Shown: in pieces, positions 20,197 through 30,628 of the stretch
How positions within the stretch are numbered: the stretch's first letter is position 1
Layout: each line of letters starts with the position of its first letter
Source of the DNA: Patescibacteria group bacterium
GTDB taxonomy: Bacteria; Patescibacteriota; Patescibacteriia; JBDRGY01
Assembly: GCA_043817315.1 (NCBI GenBank)
Contig: JBDRGY010000002.1
Coordinates: 1,046-65,045, forward strand
Reading direction: 5' to 3'
DNA: 64,000 nt
The notes under the pieces: generated by a model
The model's input: the letters and a program-made list of their open reading frames with translations, nothing else
Told to the model about the DNA's origin: nothing
The model's database searches: none
Made by a program: the position numbers and the translations under genes

Positions 20197-21021
20197 TCAA
20201 TTTATTATTGAGTTTTTAGTGCCTCTACCAACATTTAATCTGGTAATCCAAAGCGATACTAAAAAAATCGGTACTAAGACAATCAAAAAAGGAAATGAGG
20301 TTGTCGAACCGGGAATATACTTCTGAATTAATAAAGCAATTGGCAGGGAAAGGCTAAGAATTAAAGCTGACCAAATTACAACTTTTTGGGAAAAACGTTT
20401 AGTCAGAATAAGAATGGCTAATAACAAAAAGACGACATCTCCAGCCCCCAGGCTGATATCCCCCACTTTAACCAGTAAGCTAAATATCAATGGTCGAACT
20501 TGAGCTTCTGCTTGAGGAACAACAGGGATAAGCCAAACGAAAATGGCGTCTAGGCCTGCCATAATTAGTAATAGGGAAATCCAAATCCAATCATTAATCT
20601 TCAATCTCTTATATACTAGGGCCGCAGCGGCCATCAAGGCCAGGATTAAAAGAAGATTGTTGAGATATTCTGATTGGGTCAAATATACAATTAGTAGAAT
20701 AACTTGGGATAGTAAGGTGGCCAGCAGAATCGCTCTGGAGGCGCCGTGATGTTTTATTAATACTAAGAAGAAGAAGATGATATTAAGCCACAGTAACAGA
20801 ACGGCTATCAATGATTCAACTGGCGAACTAGGGTTTAGCAAAAAAAGATTTATTACTGTTATAAGAAACGGGGCAAGTAAAAACCCATTAACTCGCCTGT
20901 CTTGCTCTGTCGCTTTTTGAACCTCTTTAATGTTCAATTTACTAAAATAAAAAGAGGCCACTATTAACATCGTTAGAATTAAAAGGGTAAAAACCAATAT
21001 AGCCATATACTCATTATCCAA
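20197..21021 (-). CDS. Polytopic intramembrane aspartyl protease, GxGD type (presenilin / signal-peptide-peptidase-like)
   Basis: 274 aa with about 8 hydrophobic helices. MAGLDAIFVW corresponds to the YD motif position, ISLGAGDVVFL is a GxGD motif, and SFPFLIVLVP sits at the PAL-motif position. Confidence 0.55.
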   Translation of the reverse strand: MDNEYMAILVFTLLILTMLIVASFYFSKLNIKEVQKATEQDRRVNGFLLAPFLITVINLFLLNPSSPVESLIAVLLLWLNIIFFFLVLIKHHGASRAILLATLLSQVILLIVYLTQSEYLNNLLLILALMAAAALVYKRLKINDWIWISLLLIMAGLDAIFVWLIPVVPQAEAQVRPLIFSLLVKVGDISLGAGDVVFLLLAILILTKRFSQKVVIWSALILSLSLPIALLIQKYIPGSTTSFPFLIVLVPIFLVSLWITRLNVGRGTKNSIIN

Positions 21022-21096
21022 TAGTTTTGCAGAGGATACAAGCCAAGAAAATTCAAAAATGTTATAATAAATAAACTTAATATTAACTAAAAAACC

Positions 21097-21855
21097 ATGG
21101 AATTCATATGGCCAATTATCGTCATCGTGGTCATCATCCTCTTTATCAGCATCCGGCAGATCAACCAGTACCAGCGAGGAGTGATGTTCACTTTCGGAAA
21201 ATACACCGGGACCAAGGAACCGGGGTGGAGACTGGTTATTCCCATTTTTCAGATGATGAAACGGGTGGATATTCGGGTTTCAGTTGTCGACGTACCGGAT
21301 CAGGACGCTATTACCAAAGACAACGTTACCATTAAGGTAAATGCCGTACTCTATTACAAAGTAAGTGACGTCAGGGCAGCTATTATTGAAGTGGAAAACT
21401 TTCACTATGCCGTTTCCCAGTTGGCTCAAACTACCATGAGAGATATCGTCGGTGAAACTGATTTGGATAGTTTACTGACCAATCGTGAGGAAATTTCCGG
21501 TAAGATTCAAAGTATTGTTGATAAGGCCACCGATCCCTGGGGCATTAAAGTGGTAGCAGTGGAACTAAAGCATATTGAGCTGCCCGAAGAAATGAGAAGA
21601 ACTATCGGTAAACAAGCTGAAGCCGAAAGAGAAAAAAGATCGGTCATTATTAAGGCCGAAGGTGAGGTAATCGCCGCCGACAACATGGCAAAGGCCGCAA
21701 AAATAATGGGGGAGGCACCAGGGTCCCTCCATTTGAGAACTCTGCAATCAATTAACGACCTGTCTTCTGATCAATCCAATACTGTAATTTTTGCCATTCC
21801 GCTAGAAGTGCTGCGCGCCTTGGAGGGTGTAGTCAAAAAATTCGGACCGAAATAA
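21097..21855 (+). CDS. SPFH/band-7 (stomatin/prohibitin-like) membrane protein
   Basis: N-terminal TM followed by the typical band-7 core (QYQRGVMFTFGKY...DNVTIKVNAVLYYKV...TMRDIVGETDLDSLL...AEAEREKRSVIIKAEGE). Confidence 0.85.
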   Translation: MEFIWPIIVIVVIILFISIRQINQYQRGVMFTFGKYTGTKEPGWRLVIPIFQMMKRVDIRVSVVDVPDQDAITKDNVTIKVNAVLYYKVSDVRAAIIEVENFHYAVSQLAQTTMRDIVGETDLDSLLTNREEISGKIQSIVDKATDPWGIKVVAVELKHIELPEEMRRTIGKQAEAEREKRSVIIKAEGEVIAADNMAKAAKIMGEAPGSLHLRTLQSINDLSSDQSNTVIFAIPLEVLRALEGVVKKFGPK

Positions 21856-21867
21856 AGTATAAAATTA

Positions 21868-21903
21868 CAAAATCCCCAATCGTCCTCGGCTGGGGATTTT
21901 TTT
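21868..21903. terminator. Bidirectional hairpin terminator between the SPFH gene and hup
   Basis: AAATCCCCA...TGGGGATTT followed by a T-run, with an A-run on the other side. Confidence 0.6.
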
Positions 21904-21920
21904 ATCTTGAAAAACCTAGA

Positions 21921-22196
21921 TTATTTTAAAGCTTCTTTTAAATTTTTACCTGCTTTGAATTTGGGTATGGTTACAGTGGGGATTTGGATTCTTTCAGATG
22001 GATTCTGGGGATTGACGCCCATCCTGGCCTCTCTTCTTTTCGCCATGAATGTGCCAAAACCGGTCAAGGTAACTTCACCTCCTGATTTTAGGGTGTCCAT
22101 GACAATTTGTTCAAAACTATCCAAGACATCCTCCACTTGCTTTTTAGATAATCCGGCCTTTTCGGCAATTCTATCGGCCAATTCCGCTTTATTCAT
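21921..22196 (-). CDS. hup: DNA-binding protein HU
   Basis: 91 aa. MNKAELADRIAEKAGLSKKQVEDVLDSF...GFGTF...R.ARMGVNPQNP...IP....PKFKAGK is the classic HU/IHF fold signature. Confidence 0.9.
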   Translation of the reverse strand: MNKAELADRIAEKAGLSKKQVEDVLDSFEQIVMDTLKSGGEVTLTGFGTFMAKRREARMGVNPQNPSERIQIPTVTIPKFKAGKNLKEALK

Positions 22197-22227
22197 GAAC
22201 CCTCACCTCCTTTCAAAATTAGTTATA

Positions 22228-23034
22228 TTAAACTGTCGTTTCTTTATCGGCTCGCTCGATTTTTGTGGTCTTCTTGGTTTTGGGATCAACCTCTAGATAA
22301 ACTGCATTAATAACGGCTTTGCCTTCTTCGGGAATTTCAAAAGTGTAATTTACAGAGTCTAGAAACATCTTGATAACGTTTTCTTTGTCTACTCCAATCA
22401 CCGAATCCAGGGCTCCTATCATGCCGATATCGGAAACATATCCGGTGCCTTCTTTTAAAATCTTCTGGTCAGCAGTTCCAATGTGGGTATGAGTACCCAT
22501 GACCGCTGAAGCTCTACCGTCTAAGTAATGCCCTAGGGCGTTTTTCTCCGAGGTGGCTTCAGCGTGAAAATCAACTATCACAGCGGCAAACTTGGGCCAA
22601 TCTTTTTCCAGTTGTTCAAATATTTCATCAAACTTGCGAAAGGGGCAATCGAAGCTTTCTGTGAAAAAAACTCTACCTATTAAGTTTATCACAAGTACTT
22701 TTTTCGTGCCAACGTCTATCACCTTGTGACCAAATCCGGGTACATTTGGCGGATAATTGGCCGGACGCAGCACCTTACTGCCCTCTTCCATGACAATATC
22801 TCCCACCTCTTTTTTTCTCCAGATATGATTGCCTGAAGTAAACAAATCAAAACCAAGTTCTTCCATTTCTGCTAATGTTTTTTTAGTCACCCCTTTGCCG
22901 TGTGCCAGATTCTCCACATTTAGCAACATCAAATCAGGATCATATTGTTCCCGGTATTCTGGCACTACTTTAGTTAGTGCCGCTCTGCCTATCTTGCCGA
23001 CCACGTCGCCAAAAAACAATATTTTTAGTTTCAT
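22228..23034 (-). CDS. ymdB: YmdB-family metallophosphoesterase (2',3'-cyclic-nucleotide phosphodiesterase-like)
   Basis: MKLKILFFGDVVGKIGR..., NVENLAHGKG, GNH. It lies immediately downstream of rny, as in Firmicutes. Confidence 0.8.
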   Translation of the reverse strand: MKLKILFFGDVVGKIGRAALTKVVPEYREQYDPDLMLLNVENLAHGKGVTKKTLAEMEELGFDLFTSGNHIWRKKEVGDIVMEEGSKVLRPANYPPNVPGFGHKVIDVGTKKVLVINLIGRVFFTESFDCPFRKFDEIFEQLEKDWPKFAAVIVDFHAEATSEKNALGHYLDGRASAVMGTHTHIGTADQKILKEGTGYVSDIGMIGALDSVIGVDKENVIKMFLDSVNYTFEIPEEGKAVINAVYLEVDPKTKKTTKIERADKETTV

Positions 23035-23067
23035 ATGTACCTTTCTAGGGCGAGTTATTTCGCCAGA

Positions 23068-24600
23068 TTATCTTGCGTAATCAATTACTCTGGTTTCTCT
23101 AATGACATTTACTTTAATTTCGCCAGGATATCTCAATTCCTCTTCGATTTTCTTAGCCACTTCTTTGGCCAATTTTATAGCTCCCAGATCATCAATCTCA
23201 TTGGGCATCACAAACACTCTGACTTCTCGTCCTGCCTGGATAGCATAAGACTTCTCAACTCCTGGGAAGGAGGTGGCTACTTTCTCCAGTTCATCTAAGC
23301 GCTGCAAATACTGTTCGTAGGTGTCTTTTCTGGCCCCTGGCCTGGATCCGGAAATAGCATCAGCTACTTTTACAATAATACCTTCCAGGGTAGTGGGGTG
23401 ATCCTCGTGATGTTCCACGATCGGTTTTATAATCTCTTCGGGTAGTCCAAATTTCTTGGCAATGTCCCGACCAATTTCAGGATGAGTGCCCTGTACTTCA
23501 TGGTCTACTGCCTTTCCTATATCATGTAACAGTCCGGCCTTTTTAGCGACTGCCGCATTGGCTCCTAGCTCCTCGGCCAATAAGGCAGAGAGGTTGGCCA
23601 CTTCAACGGAGTGACGCAGTACGTTTTGGCCATAGGAAGTACGATATTTGAGCCGACCCAAGATTCTGACTAGCTTAGGATCGATGCCGGTTACTCCCAC
23701 TTCGTACGTGGCATCTTCACCGGCTTTTCGAATATCCTGAGCCAATTCTTTTTTGGATATCTCGATGGCCTCTTCAATCTTGGAAGGATGAATGCGTCCA
23801 TCAGCTATTAGTTTGTCCAAGGCTCTTTTAGCCAAGTGGCGACGGATGGGACTAAACCCAGAGATAACGATAGCTTCAGGAGTATCGTCTACCACAATCT
23901 CTACTCCGGTTAGCTGTTCAATAGCCTTGATGTTTCTTCCTTCACGGCCGATAATCCTTCCCTTCATGTCATCAGAGGGCAGAGAAACTATGGTTGTAGT
24001 AGTCTCGGCTGCATGTGAGGTGACACAGCGCTGAATAGCAGTGGTTAATAAATCTCGGGCCTTGATGTCGAATACTTCTTGGTTTTCTCTCTCTAACTTG
24101 CGAATGCGTTCCACTAAATCCTCTTTCATTTCTTTCTCGGTCATTTCCATCAATTCATTTTTAGCGTCCTCCTTGGACATCGAAGCTACCGTTTCTAATT
24201 TTTTGATCTGGTCTTGTTGAATTTCTAATACTTTCTTCTTTATTGACTCTACTTGTCGGGCTTTGTCATATACTTTCTGCTGGCGGTTCTCCAGGTCTAA
24301 CAACTTCTGATCAAATAAACTTTCTCTTTTTTCTAAACGATTTTGCAGAGATTTTAATTCTCGGCGCCTGGCCGCTTCTTCCTTTTTGGCCTCCTCAATC
24401 ATGGTGATGGCTTTGTCTTTGGCTCGTAATAAAATCTCTCTTTCTTTTGACCGGGCGTCATCAACTATTTTTTTGGCTTTAGCGTCTGCTGAATCAATTT
24501 GCCGTGCCGCCATCGATTTTCTCACCCAGTAACCGATAATCATACCACCTGGCACAGCCAGTGCCAGAAAGATGATGTACAACAGATTTAGTTCATTCAT
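23068..24600 (-). CDS. rny: Ribonuclease Y
   Basis: 510 aa. N-terminal TM, long coiled coil, KH domain (GRIIGREGRNIKAIE) and HD domain (LLHDIGKA). Confidence 0.9.
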   Translation of the reverse strand: MNELNLLYIIFLALAVPGGMIIGYWVRKSMAARQIDSADAKAKKIVDDARSKEREILLRAKDKAITMIEEAKKEEAARRRELKSLQNRLEKRESLFDQKLLDLENRQQKVYDKARQVESIKKKVLEIQQDQIKKLETVASMSKEDAKNELMEMTEKEMKEDLVERIRKLERENQEVFDIKARDLLTTAIQRCVTSHAAETTTTIVSLPSDDMKGRIIGREGRNIKAIEQLTGVEIVVDDTPEAIVISGFSPIRRHLAKRALDKLIADGRIHPSKIEEAIEISKKELAQDIRKAGEDATYEVGVTGIDPKLVRILGRLKYRTSYGQNVLRHSVEVANLSALLAEELGANAAVAKKAGLLHDIGKAVDHEVQGTHPEIGRDIAKKFGLPEEIIKPIVEHHEDHPTTLEGIIVKVADAISGSRPGARKDTYEQYLQRLDELEKVATSFPGVEKSYAIQAGREVRVFVMPNEIDDLGAIKLAKEVAKKIEEELRYPGEIKVNVIRETRVIDYAR

Positions 24601-24695
24601 AGTTTTATTTCCTTATTTTGACCTTTATTTTTATAGTAATTGGCAAATAAATAAGACCGAGGAACTCGGTCATTTATTAAGTTTTATTAGCAAAT

Positions 24696-25271
24696 CTAGG
24701 AGATGATCTTGTCTATCAGCCCGTATTTCTTAGCCTCTTCCGCTGTCATAAAAAAATCTCTGTCAGTGTCTTCTTCAATTTTCTTTAAGGGTTGTCCTGT
24801 GTGGTGAGCTAATATCTTGTTTAAACGATCACGGATTTTCAAAATATGCTCTGCTCTAATTTTAATGTCTTGGGCTTGTCCTTCTGCTCCGCCCATAACC
24901 TGATGCAGGAGTACTTCTGAATTGGGCAAGGTAAATCTTTTACCCTTCTGGCCGGCTGATAAGAGCACTGCTCCCATTGAACCGGCTAGACCGACACAGA
25001 TAGTCACCACGTTTGGTTTAACATACTGCATGGTGTCATAGATAGCCATCCCGGCAGTGACCGAACCGCCAGGAGTGTTGACATAGAGTTTTATATCTTT
25101 ATTTTTGTCTTCCGATTCTAAAAAAAGAAGTTGAGCAATTACCGTATTGGCTACATTGTCATCTATCAAATCACCTAAAAAGATTATTCTCTCTTTTAAA
25201 AGTCGAGAATAAATATCATAGGCGCGCTCCCCTCTTGTAGATTTTTCTATTACTGTGGGTATTAATCTCAT
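24696..25271 (-). CDS. clpP: ATP-dependent Clp protease proteolytic subunit
   Basis: 191 aa. ERIIFLG..I....[20 protein letters not shown]-like [23 protein letters not shown]. Confidence 0.9.
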   Translation of the reverse strand: MRLIPTVIEKSTRGERAYDIYSRLLKERIIFLGDLIDDNVANTVIAQLLFLESEDKNKDIKLYVNTPGGSVTAGMAIYDTMQYVKPNVVTICVGLAGSMGAVLLSAGQKGKRFTLPNSEVLLHQVMGGAEGQAQDIKIRAEHILKIRDRLNKILAHHTGQPLKKIEEDTDRDFFMTAEEAKKYGLIDKIIS

Positions 25272-25277
25272 AGGGAT

Positions 25278-26249
25278 TTAGACAATTTGCCAACCGTTTG
25301 CTGTTTCTTTCAGCTTTCCTTTTACGGTAAATCCAGCTGCTTTTTTATGCCCTCCACCACCAAACATTGTAGCAATCTTTGAAACATCTATCAAGTCATC
25401 GGTGGATCGCAGACTACCTTTGATCTTACCGCCGGGTACTTCCCGCAAAACCAGCACTGCTTTGGTGTCAGACAGATTATTTAGGAAATTAGCTACTCCT
25501 TCGGTGCCCTCGTCGTCTGTTTGGCATTCCTCCAGGTCCTTTTGGGTGATGATAGTGGTGATAAAACCAGTTTCTTGATTCTTCTTCAATCGAGAGAGGG
25601 CCCTGCCCCACAGTTTGAGAGTACTTATTTGTTTATTTTTCAGAACATGAGTTACTATTTTTTTGAGGTCAGCTCCCTGAATCAAAAGTTTGGAAGCGCT
25701 ACGTAGCGAAGCAATGTTGGTGGCCGGATTAGTAAAGGCGCCAGTGTCCAGCAAGATGCCCGTTAGTAGGCAAGTAGCCATTTCTTTATCAACACTAATT
25801 CTCAGGTCGTCGAAATAATTGAAAAGGATTTCCGAAGTGGAAGAGGCTCCCGGATCAACCAAGTTTAGATCGCCAAACATCTGATTAGTATGGTGGTGAT
25901 CGATATTTACCAGCAAGGGCCGACGATAGGTAAATTCTTTAAAATACTCTTGCACTCCGGCATACATCAAATCACCAGAATCTAAGACCAGAATTGTATC
26001 GTAAATATCTTGAGAGAAAATCTGTGGATTGGTTTCTACCGACTCCACGAAAGGCAGAAAATCAAACTGGCCCGAGGGACAATCCAGGGCAAATAAGGTG
26101 TGTTTTCTCTTTTCCCTCTTTAAGTAGTTGGCTAATGATAAACCAGCTCCGATAGCATCACCATCCGGATTCTGATGAATAACCAAAAGGATGTTTTTTG
26201 ATCTATCAATATTATAGTTTATCTCTTTGTGAATACGGGAAAAATCCAT
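25278..26249 (-). CDS. DHH/DHHA1 phosphoesterase (NrnA-like oligoribonuclease / pAp phosphatase)
   Basis: 323 aa. HQNPDGDAIGA, DHHHTN and C-terminal GGGHKKAAG motifs. Confidence 0.8.
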   Translation of the reverse strand: MDFSRIHKEINYNIDRSKNILLVIHQNPDGDAIGAGLSLANYLKREKRKHTLFALDCPSGQFDFLPFVESVETNPQIFSQDIYDTILVLDSGDLMYAGVQEYFKEFTYRRPLLVNIDHHHTNQMFGDLNLVDPGASSTSEILFNYFDDLRISVDKEMATCLLTGILLDTGAFTNPATNIASLRSASKLLIQGADLKKIVTHVLKNKQISTLKLWGRALSRLKKNQETGFITTIITQKDLEECQTDDEGTEGVANFLNNLSDTKAVLVLREVPGGKIKGSLRSTDDLIDVSKIATMFGGGGHKKAAGFTVKGKLKETANGWQIV

Positions 26250-26280
26250 ATATTACCTGGTAAATTTTCAACAGACCAGT

Positions 26281-26622
26281 TTAACGGGATTTCTTTTGTT
26301 TGTCAAGGATGCGAAAAATGCGGTCGGCTTTTTCTTCTGAAGTATCGATTTTAAAAGCAATCTTAGGTACAAATTTTAAGTGCAGTTTTTTAAACAAGAG
26401 TGATTGAATATTGAAAATATCGGAGTTTACTAAATCGAGTGCCGCCTTGCGATAAGTTATGGGTAGGACCGAGAGCCAGATAGTACAGTTTTTTAGATCA
26501 GGAGCCGTGTCCACTTTTTCTACAGTTACCAAATACTCCCGGGGAAACTCAATCTCCTTTAGCACGATCACATTAAACTGTTGCCGGATCAGTTCGTTGA
26601 TCCGGTCGGTTCTTATGCTCAT
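26281..26622 (-). CDS. rbfA: Ribosome-binding factor A
   Basis: 113 aa. R..R...LI...........P......VT...V....DL..C.IW.S motif pattern. Overlaps the infB stop by 1 nt. Confidence 0.8.
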   Translation of the reverse strand: MSIRTDRINELIRQQFNVIVLKEIEFPREYLVTVEKVDTAPDLKNCTIWLSVLPITYRKAALDLVNSDIFNIQSLLFKKLHLKFVPKIAFKIDTSEEKADRIFRILDKQKKSR

Positions 26623-28607
26623 TAAAGTTCCAATTTTTTGGCTAACTTTTGTTCTTGGTAGACTGTTAGCTTATCTCCCTCGGTAATGTCAGTAAAGCCG
26701 GATAGCCGTAACCCAAACTCATTGCCCTCTTTGACTTCGTCAACATTCTTCTTTTGAATCTGCAGCTGAGTAATCTTACCTTCTCCCAGTGGTTCTTTTC
26801 TGCGGAAGGCCTCGAATTTGGTCTTAGATAAAATTTTACCCTTAATTACCCGGCCACCCACAATGGCACTGTTTTTGTCTTTACGAAATACCGCTAATAT
26901 TTCTAGCTTGCCTAAATCTTCGCGCACCACTTCGTGCTCTAATAGTTCTTCCAGCCTATCTTTGGCTTCATCAATTAATTTATAAATAACCGAGAAAGTT
27001 TTTAAGTTCTCGTATTTGCGGCCGCGAATGACCTCTTGAGCCTCATTGGTAAAGGCAACGTGAAAACCGTAGAGATGGGCATCAGTAGTATCTGCCTGAA
27101 TAATATCCTGGCCCGAGATATTGCCTAATCCTTTTTTAACCACGTTGACCGCTACCTGGTCTGTTTTCAATTTTCGCAAAGAATTTATTATTGCTTCTAG
27201 GGAACCCAAAGTATCTGCTTTGATAATCAGATTCAGGTATGTAATTTTCGATTTTTTATTGGTTGACTTCTGGGGCATTATCTTTACCTGTTCCTTGATC
27301 ACTCTTAGTTTCTCTTTCTGTTGCTCCTTCAGCCCTCTCTTTAGTAATTTCTGATCTTCGATCACATGAAGAATGTCTCCCACCTTGGGACATCCCTTCA
27401 GGCCTATTATCTTGACCGGTTGGGCCGGTTCTGCTTCTTTGATGGTTTTTCCATTATGGTCATTCAATGATTTTATTTTTCCGGCTATCTCTCCTACCGA
27501 GACCAGGTCACCCCGACGCAGGGTACCGGTGTTGATCACGACCGTGGCCACGGCCCCTTCGCCTTTATCGATATGTGACTCAATAACGATACCGACTGCT
27601 TCCCTTTTGGGATTGGCTAGCAACTTATCTTTTTCCATGTCGGCTACCAACAATATCATATCCAGGAGTTCGTCCAGACCTTTCTTTTCTTTGGCCGAAA
27701 CCTCCTGACAGACTATCTTGCCTCCCCACTCTTCGGGATTTAAATCCTTTTGAGTCAACTGTTGTTTAACTTTTTGACAGTCAGCCTCTGGTTTATCAAC
27801 TTTATTAATGGCAACTAGCAGGGGGATTTTTGCTTTATTGATGATATCGATTGCCTCATCGGTTTGGGGCTTAATCCCATCATCCGCCGCAATAACTAAA
27901 ACGGCAATATCGGCGACTTTGGCTCCTCGGGAACGCATTTTATTAAAAGCTTCATGCCCGGGTGTGTCTATAAATGTAATCTTTTTACCCTTATGTTCTA
28001 CCTGATAGGCACCAATATGCTGAGTAATTCCTCCACTCTCTTGGGCCACTACGTTAGTTTCCCTGATAGCATCCAGCAGAGCTGTTTTTCCGTGATCCAC
28101 GTGTCCCAGCACTACTACAGTTGGTGGTTTGGGCTTAAGTCTGGAGGAATCATCCTTTAAAAGCTTAGCCAGGCTATCGTCCTGCATTTCCTCGTCAATG
28201 GTAGATTCCTCTTTAGCCAAAACGGCATCATAGCCCAAGTCTTCGGTAATAATGGCTGCTGTCTCAAAATCAATTTCTTCATTTTGAGAAGAGGCAATTC
28301 CGTTTTTCATTAAAATTCCCAATAAATCAACTACAGTCATGTCCAGTTTTTCGGCAAAGTCTCGGATAATTATCCTGCTGGGTAGATTTATCTTTTCGCC
28401 CTGGCTCAATTCTACAGCTTCCTCTTCCTCTTCCTCGGCTTCTTTTTTTAGACTAACTTTACCCTCAAGAGCTTCGTAAATTTTTTGAGCTTGTCTGTCG
28501 TCAATTTTTATGGCTCGGCGGCCCACATCAAAACCTAGCTCTTCGATTTCGTCAAAAAGTTGTTTCTTGGTAATTTTTAATTTTCTGGCTAGTTCGGTTA
28601 CGTTCAT
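26622..28607 (-). CDS. infB: Translation initiation factor IF-2
   Basis: 661 aa. G domain [21 protein letters not shown]. The C-terminal domains are typical of IF-2. Confidence 0.95.
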   Translation of the reverse strand: MNVTELARKLKITKKQLFDEIEELGFDVGRRAIKIDDRQAQKIYEALEGKVSLKKEAEEEEEEAVELSQGEKINLPSRIIIRDFAEKLDMTVVDLLGILMKNGIASSQNEEIDFETAAIITEDLGYDAVLAKEESTIDEEMQDDSLAKLLKDDSSRLKPKPPTVVVLGHVDHGKTALLDAIRETNVVAQESGGITQHIGAYQVEHKGKKITFIDTPGHEAFNKMRSRGAKVADIAVLVIAADDGIKPQTDEAIDIINKAKIPLLVAINKVDKPEADCQKVKQQLTQKDLNPEEWGGKIVCQEVSAKEKKGLDELLDMILLVADMEKDKLLANPKREAVGIVIESHIDKGEGAVATVVINTGTLRRGDLVSVGEIAGKIKSLNDHNGKTIKEAEPAQPVKIIGLKGCPKVGDILHVIEDQKLLKRGLKEQQKEKLRVIKEQVKIMPQKSTNKKSKITYLNLIIKADTLGSLEAIINSLRKLKTDQVAVNVVKKGLGNISGQDIIQADTTDAHLYGFHVAFTNEAQEVIRGRKYENLKTFSVIYKLIDEAKDRLEELLEHEVVREDLGKLEILAVFRKDKNSAIVGGRVIKGKILSKTKFEAFRRKEPLGEGKITQLQIQKKNVDEVKEGNEFGLRLSGFTDITEGDKLTVYQEQKLAKKLEL

Positions 28608-28712
28608 AGGTAAGTTATTTTACTTGCTTGCTGGCTGCCAGTCAAGGCCCAAACTTTTCAAAAAATCGCCAGACATGCGGCGACTCTTTCAAATAATGAA
28701 AATAGTCGAAGT

Positions 28713-29474
28713 CTAAAACATCCTTTTCTTTCCAACAATAATTTTTAATTTTTTAGGTGCTACTTCGATAGAAACCGGGGTCTTGGTTATTTTCTGGCCA
28801 TCGGCCAATACGGTGACTGAGTCAGCTCGGCTGACTATTTTCAACCGGCGGGCCGGGAATACGCTTTTCTTGGAATCTGATTTCAACCAGCGGCCCAACA
28901 GCCCCCTGGGTTCATCTTTAGAGGTAATCACTGTTTCTAAAATTCCGTCTTGGGGATTGGAGGCGGCTCCTTTTTCTGATAAATAGTCGAAATTGCAAAT
29001 TTGTACGTAACTATTTTGGGAGGTTGGGGTCACCCAGTAACGACCGTCGCATTCTATAGAAACTGCTCCCGAGGGAACTTCAACCGATGACAGAAAGAAA
29101 TGTTTGTTGATCTTGCCAATATCTATCTGCTCACACAAACGAGCCGAGAGAACATCACAAGCCTTTTCATCGTGAGGAATGTCCAGGATCTGGGCAATCT
29201 TACTTTTGGTATCAACCGGTATATAACCTATGGTAGCGGGTTTGCCAGCCACGATTTTAATAACATCGAATAAGGTCTGATCATTTCCGACAGCCACTAT
29301 TGTCTCCGCTCCTTTTCTAAGTCCATCATCGATGGTCTCTTTCATGTTTTTGAGGAGCGTCATCTTTGCTGTCCGTCCGTTTAAACTCAAATCTGCCAAA
29401 CGAGCCTCTATCCGGTTTAAAACGGGCTCGTATTTCTTGTCGTTTAAATAGGAATCGTAAATGTAGAGATACAT
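28713..29474 (-). CDS. Diacylglycerol-kinase-catalytic-domain-like protein (YegS/LCB5 family) with a degenerate nucleotide motif
   Basis: 253 aa. The overall DAGK_cat layout is present, but AVGNDQT replaces the canonical GGDGT. Confidence 0.45.
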   Translation of the reverse strand: MYLYIYDSYLNDKKYEPVLNRIEARLADLSLNGRTAKMTLLKNMKETIDDGLRKGAETIVAVGNDQTLFDVIKIVAGKPATIGYIPVDTKSKIAQILDIPHDEKACDVLSARLCEQIDIGKINKHFFLSSVEVPSGAVSIECDGRYWVTPTSQNSYVQICNFDYLSEKGAASNPQDGILETVITSKDEPRGLLGRWLKSDSKKSVFPARRLKIVSRADSVTVLADGQKITKTPVSIEVAPKKLKIIVGKKRMF

Positions 29475-29492
29475 AAATCGCCAAAGCGCCCG

Positions 29493-29918
29493 CTATTTTT
29501 TATTGTTGTTACGTCCTTTTTGATTGTTGGTCCTGGGGTCAATCTCCATGTCCTCTTTAACATCTGCTTCAGAAACCATCATGCACTTACCGTTAAATTG
29601 AGCTCCAGCGGCAATAGAAATTACTTTTGTTTCCAGGTTACCGATCAGTTTGGCGGTCTCAGCCAATTCGATTTTTTCCCTGGCTTTCACATTGCCTCTA
29701 ATTTGACCCGACAGGTGGATATTTTCTGCTGCCACGTCGGCCTTTATCTTGGCACCGGATCCTACTCTTAAGTTCTTGGCAGTTCGTAGGGTGCCCTGGA
29801 CTTCGCCCTCCACTACCACATCACCCTTACCATAAAAATTTCCTTCTACCTTAACCGAGGGTCCGATTAAGGTTTCTGTTTCTTTTAATTCGCGGTCATC
29901 TTTGGGAAAAATTGCCAT
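29493..29918 (-). CDS. Bactofilin (polymer-forming cytoskeletal protein)
   Basis: 141 aa. Beta-helical repeat core LIGPSVKVEGNFYGKGDVVVEGEVQGTL....L.V...AKIKADV.AENI.L.G.I.GNV.A...IEL...AKL.GN. Confidence 0.8.
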   Translation of the reverse strand: MAIFPKDDRELKETETLIGPSVKVEGNFYGKGDVVVEGEVQGTLRTAKNLRVGSGAKIKADVAAENIHLSGQIRGNVKAREKIELAETAKLIGNLETKVISIAAGAQFNGKCMMVSEADVKEDMEIDPRTNNQKGRNNNKK

Positions 29919-30051
29919 AATTTTGGTCCTTTTTTGAAAAAAATGCTAATTGGTAATCTAATCTTAGGCAAAATATGGGAAAATGTAAAGGAAATCTTGT
30001 TGTATGAGGCTTATTATTATAAACTAAAGACAAGATTATTAGATTATTCTC

Positions 30052-30216
30052 ATGTCTGAAGAAGAAATTAACCCAACCTACCTAAAAAGGGATTTGATCT
30101 TTACTCTGATTTTGTCTCTGGTTGTGGTCATGATTTTCGCCGGCCTGGTATTGATGGAGAGCAGTACCGGCCAAATCAGCCAAGTTGCCCACAAATTGAT
30201 GAATTACTTGATATAG
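30052..30216 (+). CDS. Possible small membrane protein (54 aa)
   Basis: ORF below the track cutoff: MSEEEINPTYLKRDLIFTLILSLVVVMIFAGLVLMESSTGQISQVAHKLMNYLI. One TM helix. No homology evidence. Confidence 0.3.
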   Translation: MSEEEINPTYLKRDLIFTLILSLVVVMIFAGLVLMESSTGQISQVAHKLMNYLI

Positions 30217-30297
30217 CTCTATTTTACGAAGCTTATTTTTGGCTATTATTAGGTAAAAGTCTGCATATTTTTTCTAATATTGACGTTTTGCTGACAA

Positions 30298-30317
30298 GAT
30301 GTTCCACGTGGAACATC
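30298..30317. promoter_or_regulatory. Perfect 20-bp palindrome GATGTTCCACGTGGAACATC upstream of tRNA-Arg(CCT)
   Basis: Read directly. It has a CACGTG core. A related palindrome GTTTCACGTGAAAC lies at 37225-37238. Confidence 0.4.
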
Positions 30318-30349
30318 ATCTGTATTTTTAGCTAAGGTTAGGCAAATTT

Positions 30350-30421
30350 GCCCTTGTAGCTCAATGGATAGAGCAGATCCGTCCTAAGGATAAGATGGGG
30401 GTTCGATTCCCTCCAAGGGCA
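30350..30421 (+). tRNA. tRNA-Arg(CCT), no encoded CCA
   Basis: Acceptor GCCCTTG/CAAGGGC, D arm GCTC AATGGATA GAGC, anticodon loop GTCCTAA, T arm GGGGG TTCGATT CCCTC. Confidence 0.8.
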
Positions 30422-30501
30422 TATTACAGCGAATTCTTAAGGTCTTGAGCCGTATGAAAGGCCGAAATCCCGCCGATTGGCGGGGCCTCTCGGGAGACCA
30501 T

Positions 30502-30539
30502 GGGCCGTTAGCTCAGTTGGCTAGAGCGTCACTTTCGCA
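30502..30539 (+). other. 5' fragment of a tRNA-Ala(CGC)-like gene (positions 1-37: acceptor 5' strand, D arm, anticodon stem 5' strand and CGC loop) with no matching T arm downstream
   Basis: GGGCCGT TA GCTC AGTTGGCTA GAGC G TCACT TTCGCA. It is followed at once by the GC-rich bracket motif CCCGCCTATCGGAGTGCGG. Confidence 0.6.
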
Positions 30540-30556
30540 CCCGCCTATCGGAGTGC

Positions 30557-30628
30557 GGGCCAGTAGCTCAGTGGTAGAGCACTGCATTCGCATTGCAGGG
30601 GTCAGGGGTTCGACTCCCCTCTGGTCCA
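30557..30628 (+). tRNA. tRNA-Ala(CGC), no encoded CCA
   Basis: GGGCCAG/CTGGTCC acceptor with G3-U70, anticodon stem CTGCA/TGCAG with loop TTCGCAT, T arm AGGGG TTCGACT CCCCT. Confidence 0.9.

Noticed and set aside
21907-22296. 129-aa plus-strand ORF
   Set aside because: It is antisense to the well-supported HU gene and to the 3' end of ymdB.
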